Below the pieces are notes generated by a model. It saw nothing but the letters and a program-made list of their open reading frames with translations, was not told where the DNA came from and made no database searches. Shown here piece after piece: positions 9,701-18,982 of a stretch of DNA of 64,000 bases (its first letter is position 1; each line of letters starts with the position of its first letter). The translations under genes and the position numbers were made by a program. This DNA is from Candidatus Anderseniibacteriota bacterium. Lineage in GTDB: Bacteria > Patescibacteriota > Andersenbacteria > UBA10190. The stretch is from assembly GCA_021414205.1 (NCBI GenBank), contig JAIOOW010000003.1:128048-192047 (forward strand), in the 5' to 3' direction.

Positions 9701-10106
9701 AAAGGCTGTACTATATTTTATATTTTTTTTAACGAGTATTCGCTCTATTGAGGCGATTGCTCGTTTTTTTGTAGATGCAAGTAATAGAAACCCTGGGATT
9801 GCTTTTGCGTTGCCAGTTCATGCACTTTTTCTATATGCACTTGTATTCTTTGCATCAGGAAGCCTTGCGATAATCCTGTGGCGTCTTAACTCTCGATATT
9901 TTATTGCCCCTATTATGCTTATGCTCGCAGCAGGAGGTAGTAATATGATTGATCGTGTTATATATGGAGCTGTTATTGATCCGATTAGTATTGGAAGCTG
10001 GCAAGGAAACGTTGCTGACATTGCGTTATGTTGTGGCGTTTTTTGGATTGCGTGGGGTATGATAAAGAATAGAGACGTTACACGATCGCATGCCAGCACA
10101 CATTAA
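9690..10106 (+). CDS. lspA: Lipoprotein signal peptidase II
   Basis: NPGIAF, GGSNMIDR, AVID, NVAD motifs. Confidence 0.8.
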   Translation: MLYKKAVLYFIFFLTSIRSIEAIARFFVDASNRNPGIAFALPVHALFLYALVFFASGSLAIILWRLNSRYFIAPIMLMLAAGGSNMIDRVIYGAVIDPISIGSWQGNVADIALCCGVFWIAWGMIKNRDVTRSHASTH

Positions 10107-11637
10107 ATCTGCAGCAGTATTTGGAATAGACGCATTGTGCGTCGATGTTGAGGTCGATGTATTGCAGGGATTGCCCAGCTTCACGCTCGTCGGGTTAACA
10201 GATAAGGCGATTCAAGAATCTCGAGAGCGCATGATCGCCGCTCTTACGAATTCTGGGTATACGCCCCCTAGGAGAAAAACCATTGTTTCTCTTGCTCCTG
10301 CAAGCCTGAAGAAAGAAGGTTCTTTGTATGATGTTCCTATTACGATAGGGTTTTTGTGCGCGAGCGGACAAGTGCGGGTAGAGAAAGATATTCTAGAATC
10401 TTCTTGGTTGATTGGCGAGCTGGGGTTGGACGGTAGTATTCGTTTTGTGCACGGAGCGCTGCCTATAGCTCTTGCTGCAATCAGGAGCGGGGTAAAGCGA
10501 TTGTATCTTCCGAAGGATAATGAGAGAGAAATTGCGGAGATTGCCGATCAAGTAGAAATTTATTCCGTAGATTCGTTGAGTCAGCTTGTATCCAGTCTTA
10601 CTGACAATACTGTGCAGCCGTATATGGCAGGCGATTGGGATGGCGCTTCTGTGGAAAAAGATGAAGTAAAGCCAGAGATAGATATGGATGAGATTCGCGG
10701 ACAAGAGCATGCAAAGCGCGCGCTCGTTATCTGTGCAGCGGGCGGTCATAACGGGTTATTGATTGGACCGCCGGGTACTGGCAAGACATTGCTTGCGCGC
10801 GCTATGGTTGGAATATTGCCTCAGTTAAGCAGAGAAGAGTCGTTTACGGTTACATCAATTTATTCAATAGCGGGGCTATTGCAAGGTGGGGACGGTTTAA
10901 TGAAGCGAAGGCCATTTCGCAGCCCGCATCACGGCGCTTCAAGTGCCGCATTGGTAGGAGGGGGTACGATGCCGAAGCCCGGAGAAGTAACGCTTGCGCA
11001 TCACGGCGTGCTATTTCTAGATGAGCTCCCCGAATTTCCAAGAACTGTTTTAGAGCAATTACGCGCACCTATTGAAGACGGCATGGTTACTGTTTCGCGC
11101 GCCGCACATACGGTTAGATTTCCTGCACGAGCAATGCTTGTTGCGGCGATGAATCCTTGCCCATGCGGTTTTGTGGGAAGTCAGAGGAAATCGTGTACAT
11201 GCTCAGCTAATGACATTATTCGCTACCAGCGAAGAATATCCGGCCCAATGCTGGATCGATTCGATTTGCATGTATTGGTGAACGATGTCCCCGCAGAAGA
11301 GTTATTGTCGAATGAGCGATCGGGGATGTCCTCGCGAGAATATGCCTTGCATGTGAAAGGGGCGCGCGAAAGGCAGTGGCAACGACAAGGAAAGGTAAAT
11401 GCTGAATTGCGACCAAGTGAACTTTTGGAATATTGCGTCTTGAATCCGGAGAGCAGATCGCTCCTTATTAAAGCGCAAAATAGATTTAAGCTTTCATCAC
11501 GTGGGCTTCATAGATTATTAAAAGTAGCTCTTACGATTGCGGATTTGGAAGGAGTGGACCGCATTGCGGTAAAGCATTTGGCGGAAGCGCTGCAGTATCG
11601 AGAACAACTTGCAACTGCGCTTCCTGACTTCGTATAG
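10090..11637 (+). CDS. comM: YifB/ComM Mg-chelatase-like AAA+ ATPase
   Basis: GPPGTGKT, RPFRSPHH, LFLDELPEF, AMNPCPCG. Confidence 0.93.
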   Translation: MPAHIKSAAVFGIDALCVDVEVDVLQGLPSFTLVGLTDKAIQESRERMIAALTNSGYTPPRRKTIVSLAPASLKKEGSLYDVPITIGFLCASGQVRVEKDILESSWLIGELGLDGSIRFVHGALPIALAAIRSGVKRLYLPKDNEREIAEIADQVEIYSVDSLSQLVSSLTDNTVQPYMAGDWDGASVEKDEVKPEIDMDEIRGQEHAKRALVICAAGGHNGLLIGPPGTGKTLLARAMVGILPQLSREESFTVTSIYSIAGLLQGGDGLMKRRPFRSPHHGASSAALVGGGTMPKPGEVTLAHHGVLFLDELPEFPRTVLEQLRAPIEDGMVTVSRAAHTVRFPARAMLVAAMNPCPCGFVGSQRKSCTCSANDIIRYQRRISGPMLDRFDLHVLVNDVPAEELLSNERSGMSSREYALHVKGARERQWQRQGKVNAELRPSELLEYCVLNPESRSLLIKAQNRFKLSSRGLHRLLKVALTIADLEGVDRIAVKHLAEALQYREQLATALPDFV

Positions 11638-11671
11638 ATACCTATGGTAATATAGTGGTAATCAGCTCTTT

Positions 11672-12565
11672 ATGATAAATAAAAGATCCCCACACACTAT
11701 TATTCACTCCTTTTTATACGGAGCGGCATCCGTGCTCTTTGCAGCAAATTTGTATTTTCTCGTCCGCTCATTATTTGCAGGAGATTTTTTCCCCGTTCTT
11801 CCTTTGGCGGTAGGAATATGTATTGCTGGGGGGTTGGTTATTATTTTATTCGCGGAAGGAAAATCGCGAGAGGAGGACAAGAAGGAACATCGAAGGTTAT
11901 CTCGAGTAGCAACGCAGCTGGAACAGCCGATTATGTCATTAGAAGAAGATATTGCGTATCTGGTTCGTGAATCGGAATCAATGCCGGCAGAACTTCGTTT
12001 AAAATTAAAACGCATGGATACGAGAACAAAAGTTCTTTTGGAGAATGTACGGGACGTCTTTTTAACCATTCGTGCTGGGCAAGGCCCTATTGCGCAAGAA
12101 AAGCGCGTATATGATACATGTACTATTGTTAATGATGTTGTAGAAAAGTTGCGACCACTGGCTATCGCGCGGAATGTTGAGATATTGCAAAAAATGCATT
12201 GCGAAGATGCACCAGTAAAAGTAGACAAGAGCTTGTTAGTGATCGCTTTGACTCATCTTATCGAAAATGGAATTTTGTATACAATTACTCCCGGATTAGT
12301 GAATGTGGCTGTATTAAAAGGTAAGACGCATGTTCGCATCGTCATTCAAGATAGAGGGGTTGGTTTGAAGCAAGATGATGTCATGAGCGTATTTACTCCA
12401 TTTGCCCGCGGTAGCTATGCCAATCAATACGATGCAGACGGTATCGGAGTTGGAGTTTCGTTATCTCGAATGATAGCTCGTGAGTTTGGCGGGAATCTCG
12501 CCTTTAAGCAGCGCAAAGACTCGTCTGGACTCGAATTTGAATTGAAATTGCCATTGGCGAGATAG
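11672..12565 (+). CDS. Membrane histidine-kinase-like protein lacking the H-box His
   Basis: Two TM helices; N box LIENG, G1 DRGVG, F box FTPF, G2 GIGVG; H-box reads ATQLEQP. Confidence 0.8.
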   Translation: MINKRSPHTIIHSFLYGAASVLFAANLYFLVRSLFAGDFFPVLPLAVGICIAGGLVIILFAEGKSREEDKKEHRRLSRVATQLEQPIMSLEEDIAYLVRESESMPAELRLKLKRMDTRTKVLLENVRDVFLTIRAGQGPIAQEKRVYDTCTIVNDVVEKLRPLAIARNVEILQKMHCEDAPVKVDKSLLVIALTHLIENGILYTITPGLVNVAVLKGKTHVRIVIQDRGVGLKQDDVMSVFTPFARGSYANQYDADGIGVGVSLSRMIAREFGGNLAFKQRKDSSGLEFELKLPLAR

Positions 12566-12574
12566 CTTACTTAT

Positions 12575-12650
12575 TGGTGCACTCGGAGGGACTCGAACCC
12601 CCGGCCCTCTGGTCCGAAGCCAGATGCTCTATCCGCTGAGCTACGAGTGC
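12575..12650 (-). tRNA. tRNA-Arg(TCG)
   Basis: Cloverleaf; TCTGG-CT TCG GA-CCAGA; CCA encoded. Confidence 0.95.
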
Positions 12651-12653
12651 GTG

Positions 12654-13253
12654 TTATGATATTCCAGTATTTTTACTATATTGTCCAGTTTTTTCTAGGA
12701 TATTTGATAGCAGGATGCCCGTTGCAGTTGCGACGTTATGTGAATTGCCAAGACCTAATATGGGGATTTCTATAAAAGTGTCTGCTAATTCAAGTAATTC
12801 TTTTTGAACGCCGAACCGCTCATGCCCGACAATTAAAATGGTTGGCAGTGTGTAGTTTGCTTCAAAATAGGGAATGCTTGTAGTTGTTTGCTCGAGAGCT
12901 ACTACGCAGTATCCTTCTGTTTTTTTATTTTTTATAAACTCAACGGGGTTTTCCTCATGAATCCATGGTTGATATGGCAGGGAGTAGACTGCAGTTTTGG
13001 TAATTCTGTCTGTATGTCGCTTAATGATGCTTTTGTGGCGAGTATCGTCAGAAGCTTGTGGATATCCAGTATATCCTGCCAATACAAGCAATTCTGCTCG
13101 CGCAAGCTCGCATAATCGAAATAGCAGTCCCACATTATCAAGGCTCCGAATATTATCCGCAATAACGATAATGGGTGTTCTTGGCATGGTAGCAAGCGCT
13201 TCCGGTGTTGGTCGTTCTGCAATAAGCTCTTTTGTTGTCTTTTTGTCTGTCAA
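12654..13253 (-). CDS. TrmH/SpoU family RNA methyltransferase
   Basis: DNIRSLDNVG.LFR, VGHERFG, IPILG..NSHNVA SPOUT motifs; TTG start uncertain. Confidence 0.88.
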   Translation of the reverse strand: MTDKKTTKELIAERPTPEALATMPRTPIIVIADNIRSLDNVGLLFRLCELARAELLVLAGYTGYPQASDDTRHKSIIKRHTDRITKTAVYSLPYQPWIHEENPVEFIKNKKTEGYCVVALEQTTTSIPYFEANYTLPTILIVGHERFGVQKELLELADTFIEIPILGLGNSHNVATATGILLSNILEKTGQYSKNTGIS

Positions 13254-13255
13254 AG

Positions 13256-13327
13256 GGCGGCTAGAGGGGATCGAACCCTCGTCGCCGGGACCACAACCCG
13301 GAGCTTTGCCATTAAGCTATAGCCGCC
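13256..13327 (-). tRNA. tRNA-His(GTG)
   Basis: CCGGG-TT GTG GT-CCCGG; G-1/C73 identity; CCA not encoded. Confidence 0.93.
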
Positions 13328-13394
13328 ATATTCACCTTCAGCGAAGTCGAAGGGTGCTCGCAATATAGCACAATTTGTGCTAAAAACAAGAAAC

Positions 13395-13467
13395 GCACTC
13401 GTAGCTCAGCGGATAGAGCAAAGGGTTTCTAACCCTTGGGTCGTAGGTTCGATTCCTACCGAGTGCA
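13395..13467 (+). tRNA. tRNA-Arg(TCT)
   Basis: AAGGG-TT TCT AA-CCCTT; GGTTCGATTCC T-arm. Confidence 0.93.
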
Positions 13468-13488
13468 CTTTGCATTATAATTACCCGT

Positions 13489-14703
13489 ATGTTTTTAGAC
13501 ACATTTATTGTCTCGAGATTAAAAAAGCACTGGAATGGGCCAGTATTTACCCTTATTTCTAACGGGAAAGAGGCGAAAATTGGTAACGGAGAAGGAAATC
13601 TGAAAGTAATTCTAAAAGGGCAGTATACGCTTGATAAGATTGCCTTATCGCCGTCTCTTGGGTTCGGAGAAGCATATATGAGCGGAGAAGCCGTTGTAGA
13701 GGGAGACATTATGGCATTGTTTCAAGGATTTCAGCAAAGTCCCTATATCGTCCCCGGGTTTGTACGGACAATAAGGCGATGGCTTCGATTTTTGCCTATC
13801 TCTATTTCCAGCGGCGTAAACAATGCTCAGCACCATTATGATATTGGGAACGATTTTTATGGATTGTGGCTCGATACCACTCGAACATACACGTGCGCAT
13901 ATTTTCTCCACGACGACGATAGTCTGGAGGATGCACAGTATCAGAAAAATGATTTAGTCTGCAAAAAAATCCGTCTCGAGAAAGGAATGACGATGCTCGA
14001 TATCGGATGCGGGTGGGGAGGAGCATTATTTCATGCGGCATTGTATTATGGCGCAAATGTAACCGGGGTGACTCCGGCAAAAGAGCAGGCAACATTTATT
14101 TTAGATAAGGCAAAAAAGCTTGGTATTGAAGATCGGGTGCATGTAATCGTGGAGGACTGGAGGGAATTGCAGAAATTACCGATGAACACGAAATTTGATC
14201 GCATTATTAGCATTGGTATGTTCGAGCATGTGGGGCGTGCGCAGTTCGCTCGTTTCTTCGCATTATGGAAGCGACTATTAAGTGACGAGGGTGTTTCGCT
14301 TCTGCATACTATCGGGGCAACAAACGATGAAAATTCAGGACAGGATCCATGGATTCAAAAATATATATTCCCGGGAGGGTATATCCCATTATTGCGAGAA
14401 ATTATCGCAGGCGCATCCCATGTTCATTTGCAGGTCGTTGATTGCGAGAATTTGTGGCAGCACTACGCAAAAACACTTCATCATTGGAATGCCAACGTAG
14501 AAAGTCATAAAAACGAAGTCGTTGATATGTTTGATGAGCAGTTTTACAGAATGTGGACATTGTATTTACAGAGCTGCGAAGCCGGCTTTGCGTGGGGAGA
14601 CTTGCAATTATTTCAAACTGTGTTGCTTGGAAAAGATGCTGTTTGGCCGCTCAATAGGGAGGTTGGGGCTGAGCGCATAAAAAAGATTGACAAAACAGTG
14701 TAA
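13489..14703 (+). CDS. cfa: Cyclopropane-fatty-acyl-phospholipid synthase family methyltransferase
   Basis: HHYDIGNDFY, LDIGCGWG, SIGMFEHVG, YIFPGG, HYAKTL. Confidence 0.92.
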   Translation: MFLDTFIVSRLKKHWNGPVFTLISNGKEAKIGNGEGNLKVILKGQYTLDKIALSPSLGFGEAYMSGEAVVEGDIMALFQGFQQSPYIVPGFVRTIRRWLRFLPISISSGVNNAQHHYDIGNDFYGLWLDTTRTYTCAYFLHDDDSLEDAQYQKNDLVCKKIRLEKGMTMLDIGCGWGGALFHAALYYGANVTGVTPAKEQATFILDKAKKLGIEDRVHVIVEDWRELQKLPMNTKFDRIISIGMFEHVGRAQFARFFALWKRLLSDEGVSLLHTIGATNDENSGQDPWIQKYIFPGGYIPLLREIIAGASHVHLQVVDCENLWQHYAKTLHHWNANVESHKNEVVDMFDEQFYRMWTLYLQSCEAGFAWGDLQLFQTVLLGKDAVWPLNREVGAERIKKIDKTV

Positions 14704-14714
14704 AAGGGCATAAT
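14687..14714 (+). promoter_or_regulatory. Putative sigma70 promoter
   Basis: TTGACA-16 bp-CATAAT. Confidence 0.5.
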
Positions 14715-14813
14715 ACAGATAGTTTGATCTTTTGTGTACCTTTTTTCTATCTAACTAAATATCATTAGTTTGCCTTGCAGTCCGTGCGAGGCCAGCTATG
14801 TAGCCAGATAGCC

Positions 14814-14844
14814 CGGATTCTCTTTTGAGGGTCCTTTTCTTTTT
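14814..14844 (+). terminator. Intrinsic terminator upstream of recG
   Basis: GGATTCTC-TTTT-GAGGGTCC followed by TTTTCTTTTT. Confidence 0.65.
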
Positions 14845-14860
14845 CCTGTACGATACATGC

Positions 14861-16936
14861 ATGGCTATTACCTTGGCATCGCCAATTACAGAATTAAACG
14901 GCATTGGGCCTGCGCGGGCAAAGACGCTGGAAAAACTTGGTATTACACATGTGCGTGATTTTTTATTTACATTTCCGAGAAAATACGAAGATTTTTCAAA
15001 CCATATTTCTATTAAAGATGCTGAAATAGGGAAGACAGCAACGTTTTTTGGGGAAGTAGTGAGCGTAAAAAGCAGTAATGGTTTTTACGGTAAGCGAAGA
15101 CTGTATCGCATTTATGTTGATATAGATGATGGAACGGGGATTGTGCATTGCACATGGTTTAATTTGAGATTCTTAGAGCAAAAGCTTCGCATTGGCACAA
15201 AGCTGTATGTTGCAGGAACTGCTGAAACATCAAAAATACAATCCGGAAAATATATGGGTAATAAAGATGTTGCCATGCGGTCGCCGGCATTTGAGCTTCC
15301 AAGTAGTTCCGACGATCAAATCCATACTGCGTCTATTGTTCCTATATACAGTGAGACATCGGGAGTTTCCTCGCGATTTATTAGGTACCAAGTAAAACAA
15401 TGTATGAGTGCTCTTGCAGGTATGCAGGAGTACATGCCGAAAGATATCATTAAGAGAAATAACTTGGTATCTATCCAAGACGCAATTAGGATTTCTCATT
15501 TTCCTGCAAGCAATGAGGAGCTCGAGCAGGCAAAGCACCGTCTGCAGTTTGATGAGTTGTTTTTCTTGCAGCTTGCATCGCTTGTGCGAAAAAATCATAT
15601 GCAGCATGCAACGTCGTATACGTGCGACGGTTCCGATGCTGATATGGAAGATGCGGTACAAGTAATTCCTTTTGAATTAACGAATGCACAAAAGCGGGTC
15701 ATACAAGAAATTCGCAAAGATATGGCGAATATCCATCCAATGAACAGGTTGTTGCAAGGAGATGTTGGTTCAGGTAAAAGCGCAGTTGCTCTCATCGCTG
15801 CAACTATTGCCTTGAAGAGCGATAAGAAAGTGCTGTACTTGGCTCCGACGGAAATACTTGCTCGCCAACAATATGCATCGTTTAAAAAAATGCTTTCGTA
15901 TCCCGTAAAATTATTAATAGGGGAAACGAAGAAACGGGAGCGCGAAGAAATAGCCGGCATGCTCATGAGTAATGATCCGTGCTGCATTATCGGTACGCAC
16001 GCGTTATTACAGCAATCAATTACGGCAAAGAATGTTGGGCTGGCAATTATCGATGAACAGCATCGGTTCGGGGTAGCACAGCGGAAAAAATTACTATCGG
16101 TTGAAGAGGGAATTGTTCCTCATTTACTTTCCATGACGGCAACTCCAATTCCTCGGACGCTGAGCCTTACGGTGTATGGCGATTTAGATGTATCGGTATT
16201 AGATGAGCTTCCAAAAGGCAGAAAGAAAATTACAACACGAATTGTATTTGGAAAAGAAAAAGATGATGCGATTATCCACATGCTCGAAGAACTTCATGCT
16301 GGGCGACAAGCATATATTATTGCTCCGTTAGTGGAAGATTCAGAAAAAAAAGCGCTCAAATCTGCCACTGCGGCGTATAAGGAAATACAAAAAGTATTTC
16401 CTGGGATTGCTGTTGGATTATTGCATGGGCAGATGGCATCTGCTGAGAAAGAATCGGTGATGAATAATTTTACTGCAGGAGCAATTCAGGTGCTTGTATC
16501 AACTGCTGTTGTGGAGGTTGGGGTTAACGTCCCGAACGCAACTATTATGATGATTGAAGGGGCGGAACGATTTGGATTATCGCAGCTGCATCAGTTTCGT
16601 GGGCGTATTGGAAGAGGCGAGCATGCATCAACCTGTTATGTTGTTCCAACAACAGAGCAGATGATCGCAAGTCAGCGATTACAAACGTTTGCACAGGTTA
16701 GCGATGGGTTTGAAATCGCTGAGGCAGATTTGCAGTTGCGCGGACCGGGCGAAGTGTATGGGAAGGAGCAATCGGGATTTGGAAATTTGAAGGTTGCGTC
16801 GCTTTTGGATTACAAAACAATTTCGCTTGCGCGCGATGAGGCAAAGTCAGTGCTGCAAGAGGATCCAAGTCTTGATGCACATACAGTGTTCCGAAAAAAG
16901 GTGGAGCAGAAGAATGCGCTTATTCATTTCGAATAA
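14861..16936 (+). CDS. recG: ATP-dependent DNA helicase RecG
   Basis: LLQGDVGSGKS, IIDEQHRFG, MTATPIPRTL, QLHQFRGRIGR. Confidence 0.97.
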   Translation: MAITLASPITELNGIGPARAKTLEKLGITHVRDFLFTFPRKYEDFSNHISIKDAEIGKTATFFGEVVSVKSSNGFYGKRRLYRIYVDIDDGTGIVHCTWFNLRFLEQKLRIGTKLYVAGTAETSKIQSGKYMGNKDVAMRSPAFELPSSSDDQIHTASIVPIYSETSGVSSRFIRYQVKQCMSALAGMQEYMPKDIIKRNNLVSIQDAIRISHFPASNEELEQAKHRLQFDELFFLQLASLVRKNHMQHATSYTCDGSDADMEDAVQVIPFELTNAQKRVIQEIRKDMANIHPMNRLLQGDVGSGKSAVALIAATIALKSDKKVLYLAPTEILARQQYASFKKMLSYPVKLLIGETKKREREEIAGMLMSNDPCCIIGTHALLQQSITAKNVGLAIIDEQHRFGVAQRKKLLSVEEGIVPHLLSMTATPIPRTLSLTVYGDLDVSVLDELPKGRKKITTRIVFGKEKDDAIIHMLEELHAGRQAYIIAPLVEDSEKKALKSATAAYKEIQKVFPGIAVGLLHGQMASAEKESVMNNFTAGAIQVLVSTAVVEVGVNVPNATIMMIEGAERFGLSQLHQFRGRIGRGEHASTCYVVPTTEQMIASQRLQTFAQVSDGFEIAEADLQLRGPGEVYGKEQSGFGNLKVASLLDYKTISLARDEAKSVLQEDPSLDAHTVFRKKVEQKNALIHFE

Positions 16937-17469
16937 AGGTATCGCCAGGGAAGTAGCGCATCTTCTTTTGCATACGCCACTCCGATGCGCGGAGTTGCAA
17001 TAATGGCATTGCTTAGAACTTTGAAACCGTCGTCCGCAATGAAAAGTTCGCTTGAAGTTGTAAGATCGTGATCATTATATGTTCTATCAATAGAAAATTC
17101 TCTGCAAATTTTTCCCGGGCCATTTGTTTTTGAAAAAATATTTTTAACCGGCTCGCATGCGCGAATTAAGATTGCTGCAGGAAAGTTTTCCACTTCTGTC
17201 ACAACGTTCAAGCAATAATACATTCCGTAAATCATATACACATACGCATGCCCTGCCTCACCGTACATAATTTCAGTGCGTTTTGTTTTCCCTTTTGATG
17301 CATGTGATGCTCTATCATCTTCTCCGACGTAACATTCCACTTCGCAAATTCTTCCGATCAAATTATTGCCATCTTTTTTTCGAATTAATAATTTTCCGAG
17401 AAGATCTTTTGCCACAACGTGCGTGTTTCGATTGTAGAAATTTCGTGGCAGGGGAGTGGGGAGTGGCAT
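16924..17469 (-). CDS. DNA-3-methyladenine glycosylase (MPG/AAG family)
   Basis: D.ASHA, YVYMIYGMYYCLN, TNGPGK, TPRIGV. Confidence 0.93.
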   Translation of the reverse strand: MPLPTPLPRNFYNRNTHVVAKDLLGKLLIRKKDGNNLIGRICEVECYVGEDDRASHASKGKTKRTEIMYGEAGHAYVYMIYGMYYCLNVVTEVENFPAAILIRACEPVKNIFSKTNGPGKICREFSIDRTYNDHDLTTSSELFIADDGFKVLSNAIIATPRIGVAYAKEDALLPWRYLYSK

Positions 17470-17489
17470 ATACTGTACTGTAGTATCCT

Positions 17490-18011
17490 ATGTCTATTTT
17501 GCAATTAAGTATTTCATCATTGCTTCTGTATTTGCCCGCGATGACTGCGAACATGGCACCTGTATTTGCTGCAAAGTACAATGTAATTACATGGCTTAAT
17601 AGACCATTGGATTTTGGAATTCGCTTGCGAGGAATTCGCGTGCTTGGATCGCATAAAACGATTCGCGGAATTATTGTTGCGGTGTTTGCAGGGGCTATAA
17701 CAGGAGGAATAGAAGCTGCAGTATTACATCAAAAAATTTCATTCGGATTTTTTATCGGCGCAGTGTTAGGCTTCGGCGCAATTGCGGGCGATGCAATAAA
17801 AAGTTTTTTCAAAAGAAGATTGCGCATTGTACCGGGATCATTATGGATTCCGTTTGATCAAATAGATTTTGTGATCGGTGCAACGGTTGCAGGAATATTT
17901 TTTGTACCAATTTCATTTCCAATATTTCTATTTGCAATATTTTTTATTGGATGTGCATCGTATGTTGTAAGTTATATCGGAATTGCACTTCATTTTAAGA
18001 AAAGTTTGTGA
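17490..18011 (+). CDS. CDP-archaeol synthase (CarS/DUF46)-like membrane cytidylyltransferase
   Basis: PAMTANMAPV, PLDFG, HKTIRG, GDAIKSFFKRR, FDQIDF. Confidence 0.8.
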   Translation: MSILQLSISSLLLYLPAMTANMAPVFAAKYNVITWLNRPLDFGIRLRGIRVLGSHKTIRGIIVAVFAGAITGGIEAAVLHQKISFGFFIGAVLGFGAIAGDAIKSFFKRRLRIVPGSLWIPFDQIDFVIGATVAGIFFVPISFPIFLFAIFFIGCASYVVSYIGIALHFKKSL

Positions 18012-18117
18012 TATAGTTTTTATACAAAACGAATTATGAATGAAATGTTTAATGGAGGGGAAACAGATCATCGCAACACGCGAAGTTGTGTTGCATTCGG
18101 GAGAGGAGGTGGTACCT

Positions 18118-18285
18118 ATGCCAGCTAAGAAAAAAGCTACAAAGAAGCGAGTAGCAAAGAAGACTGTTAAAAAGACAGTAAAGCGAAAGAAAGCTGTTAA
18201 GAAAACAGTAAAGAGAAAGAAAGCAGTAAAGAAGACAGCAAAGAGAAAGACTGCTAAGAAGTCCACCTCTAAGAAACGAAAGTAA
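18118..18285 (+). CDS. Histone H1-like Lys-rich basic protein
   Basis: SD GGAGGTGG; MPAKKKATKK with KKTVKRKKAV repeats. Confidence 0.8.
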   Translation: MPAKKKATKKRVAKKTVKKTVKRKKAVKKTVKRKKAVKKTAKRKTAKKSTSKKRK

Positions 18286-18300
18286 GTATAGGAGGGTAGA

Positions 18301-18332
18301 AAAAATACTCCCGCATCTGCGGGAGTATTTTT
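18301..18332. terminator. Bidirectional intrinsic terminator
   Basis: AAAAATACTCCCGCA-TC-TGCGGGAGTATTTTT perfect inverted repeat between convergent genes. Confidence 0.85.
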
Positions 18333-18341
18333 ATTGGCTTG

Positions 18342-18959
18342 TTATACGATTGCGTGTTCGATATCGCGCACAAAACTTTCTAGTGCCTGCATTACCGCGG
18401 AATTATCTTTGAGTGTGAGCATAAGCGCATGTACTTCGTGCGCCGTTGCTTGTGATAATCCTATTGCGCGCGAAAAAGCCATGCGAGATTCGTCATTCGG
18501 TTTGCTTGTAAAGTATGTCTGTAGGACGTCATGCCATCTTCGCACGCTCGCTCGCTCATGCACGTAATACAATTCATCGTGGTGAATAGTGCGTAGCGCT
18601 TTTCGGACTACGTCCCAGTCCGCAAAGGCATCGTACAAAAGCTCATCTTCTATAAGAGTTCTTGCATACGGTACAAGGATATGATCGGGGATTCGTTCTG
18701 TTGCCAATTGATGCGCATCGAATCTCGTATGCATATCGTCGATCCATGCATGAACGCGAACGCCGGTTAGAAAATCATTTGATCCGCGCAGCGTTGATAA
18801 TGTGACTCCTTGTACGTGAATGGGGTGTCGTGGCTGTATCGCAATTCTTCTGATGCTGGGGAATATAACACCGTTCCAGTATGATGCATGCGATACATCC
18901 TCACGAAGGTACGATAACAGCCGTGCCGCATATACTATATGTGAAATTTCACCCACCAT
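18342..18959 (-). CDS. Hypothetical protein, His-rich (possible degenerate metal-dependent hydrolase)
   Basis: MVGEISHIVYA start, G.RVHAWID; no firm family. Confidence 0.6.
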   Translation of the reverse strand: MVGEISHIVYAARLLSYLREDVSHASYWNGVIFPSIRRIAIQPRHPIHVQGVTLSTLRGSNDFLTGVRVHAWIDDMHTRFDAHQLATERIPDHILVPYARTLIEDELLYDAFADWDVVRKALRTIHHDELYYVHERASVRRWHDVLQTYFTSKPNDESRMAFSRAIGLSQATAHEVHALMLTLKDNSAVMQALESFVRDIEHAIV

Positions 18960-18982
18960 GAAGATAAGTGTACCATGATGGT

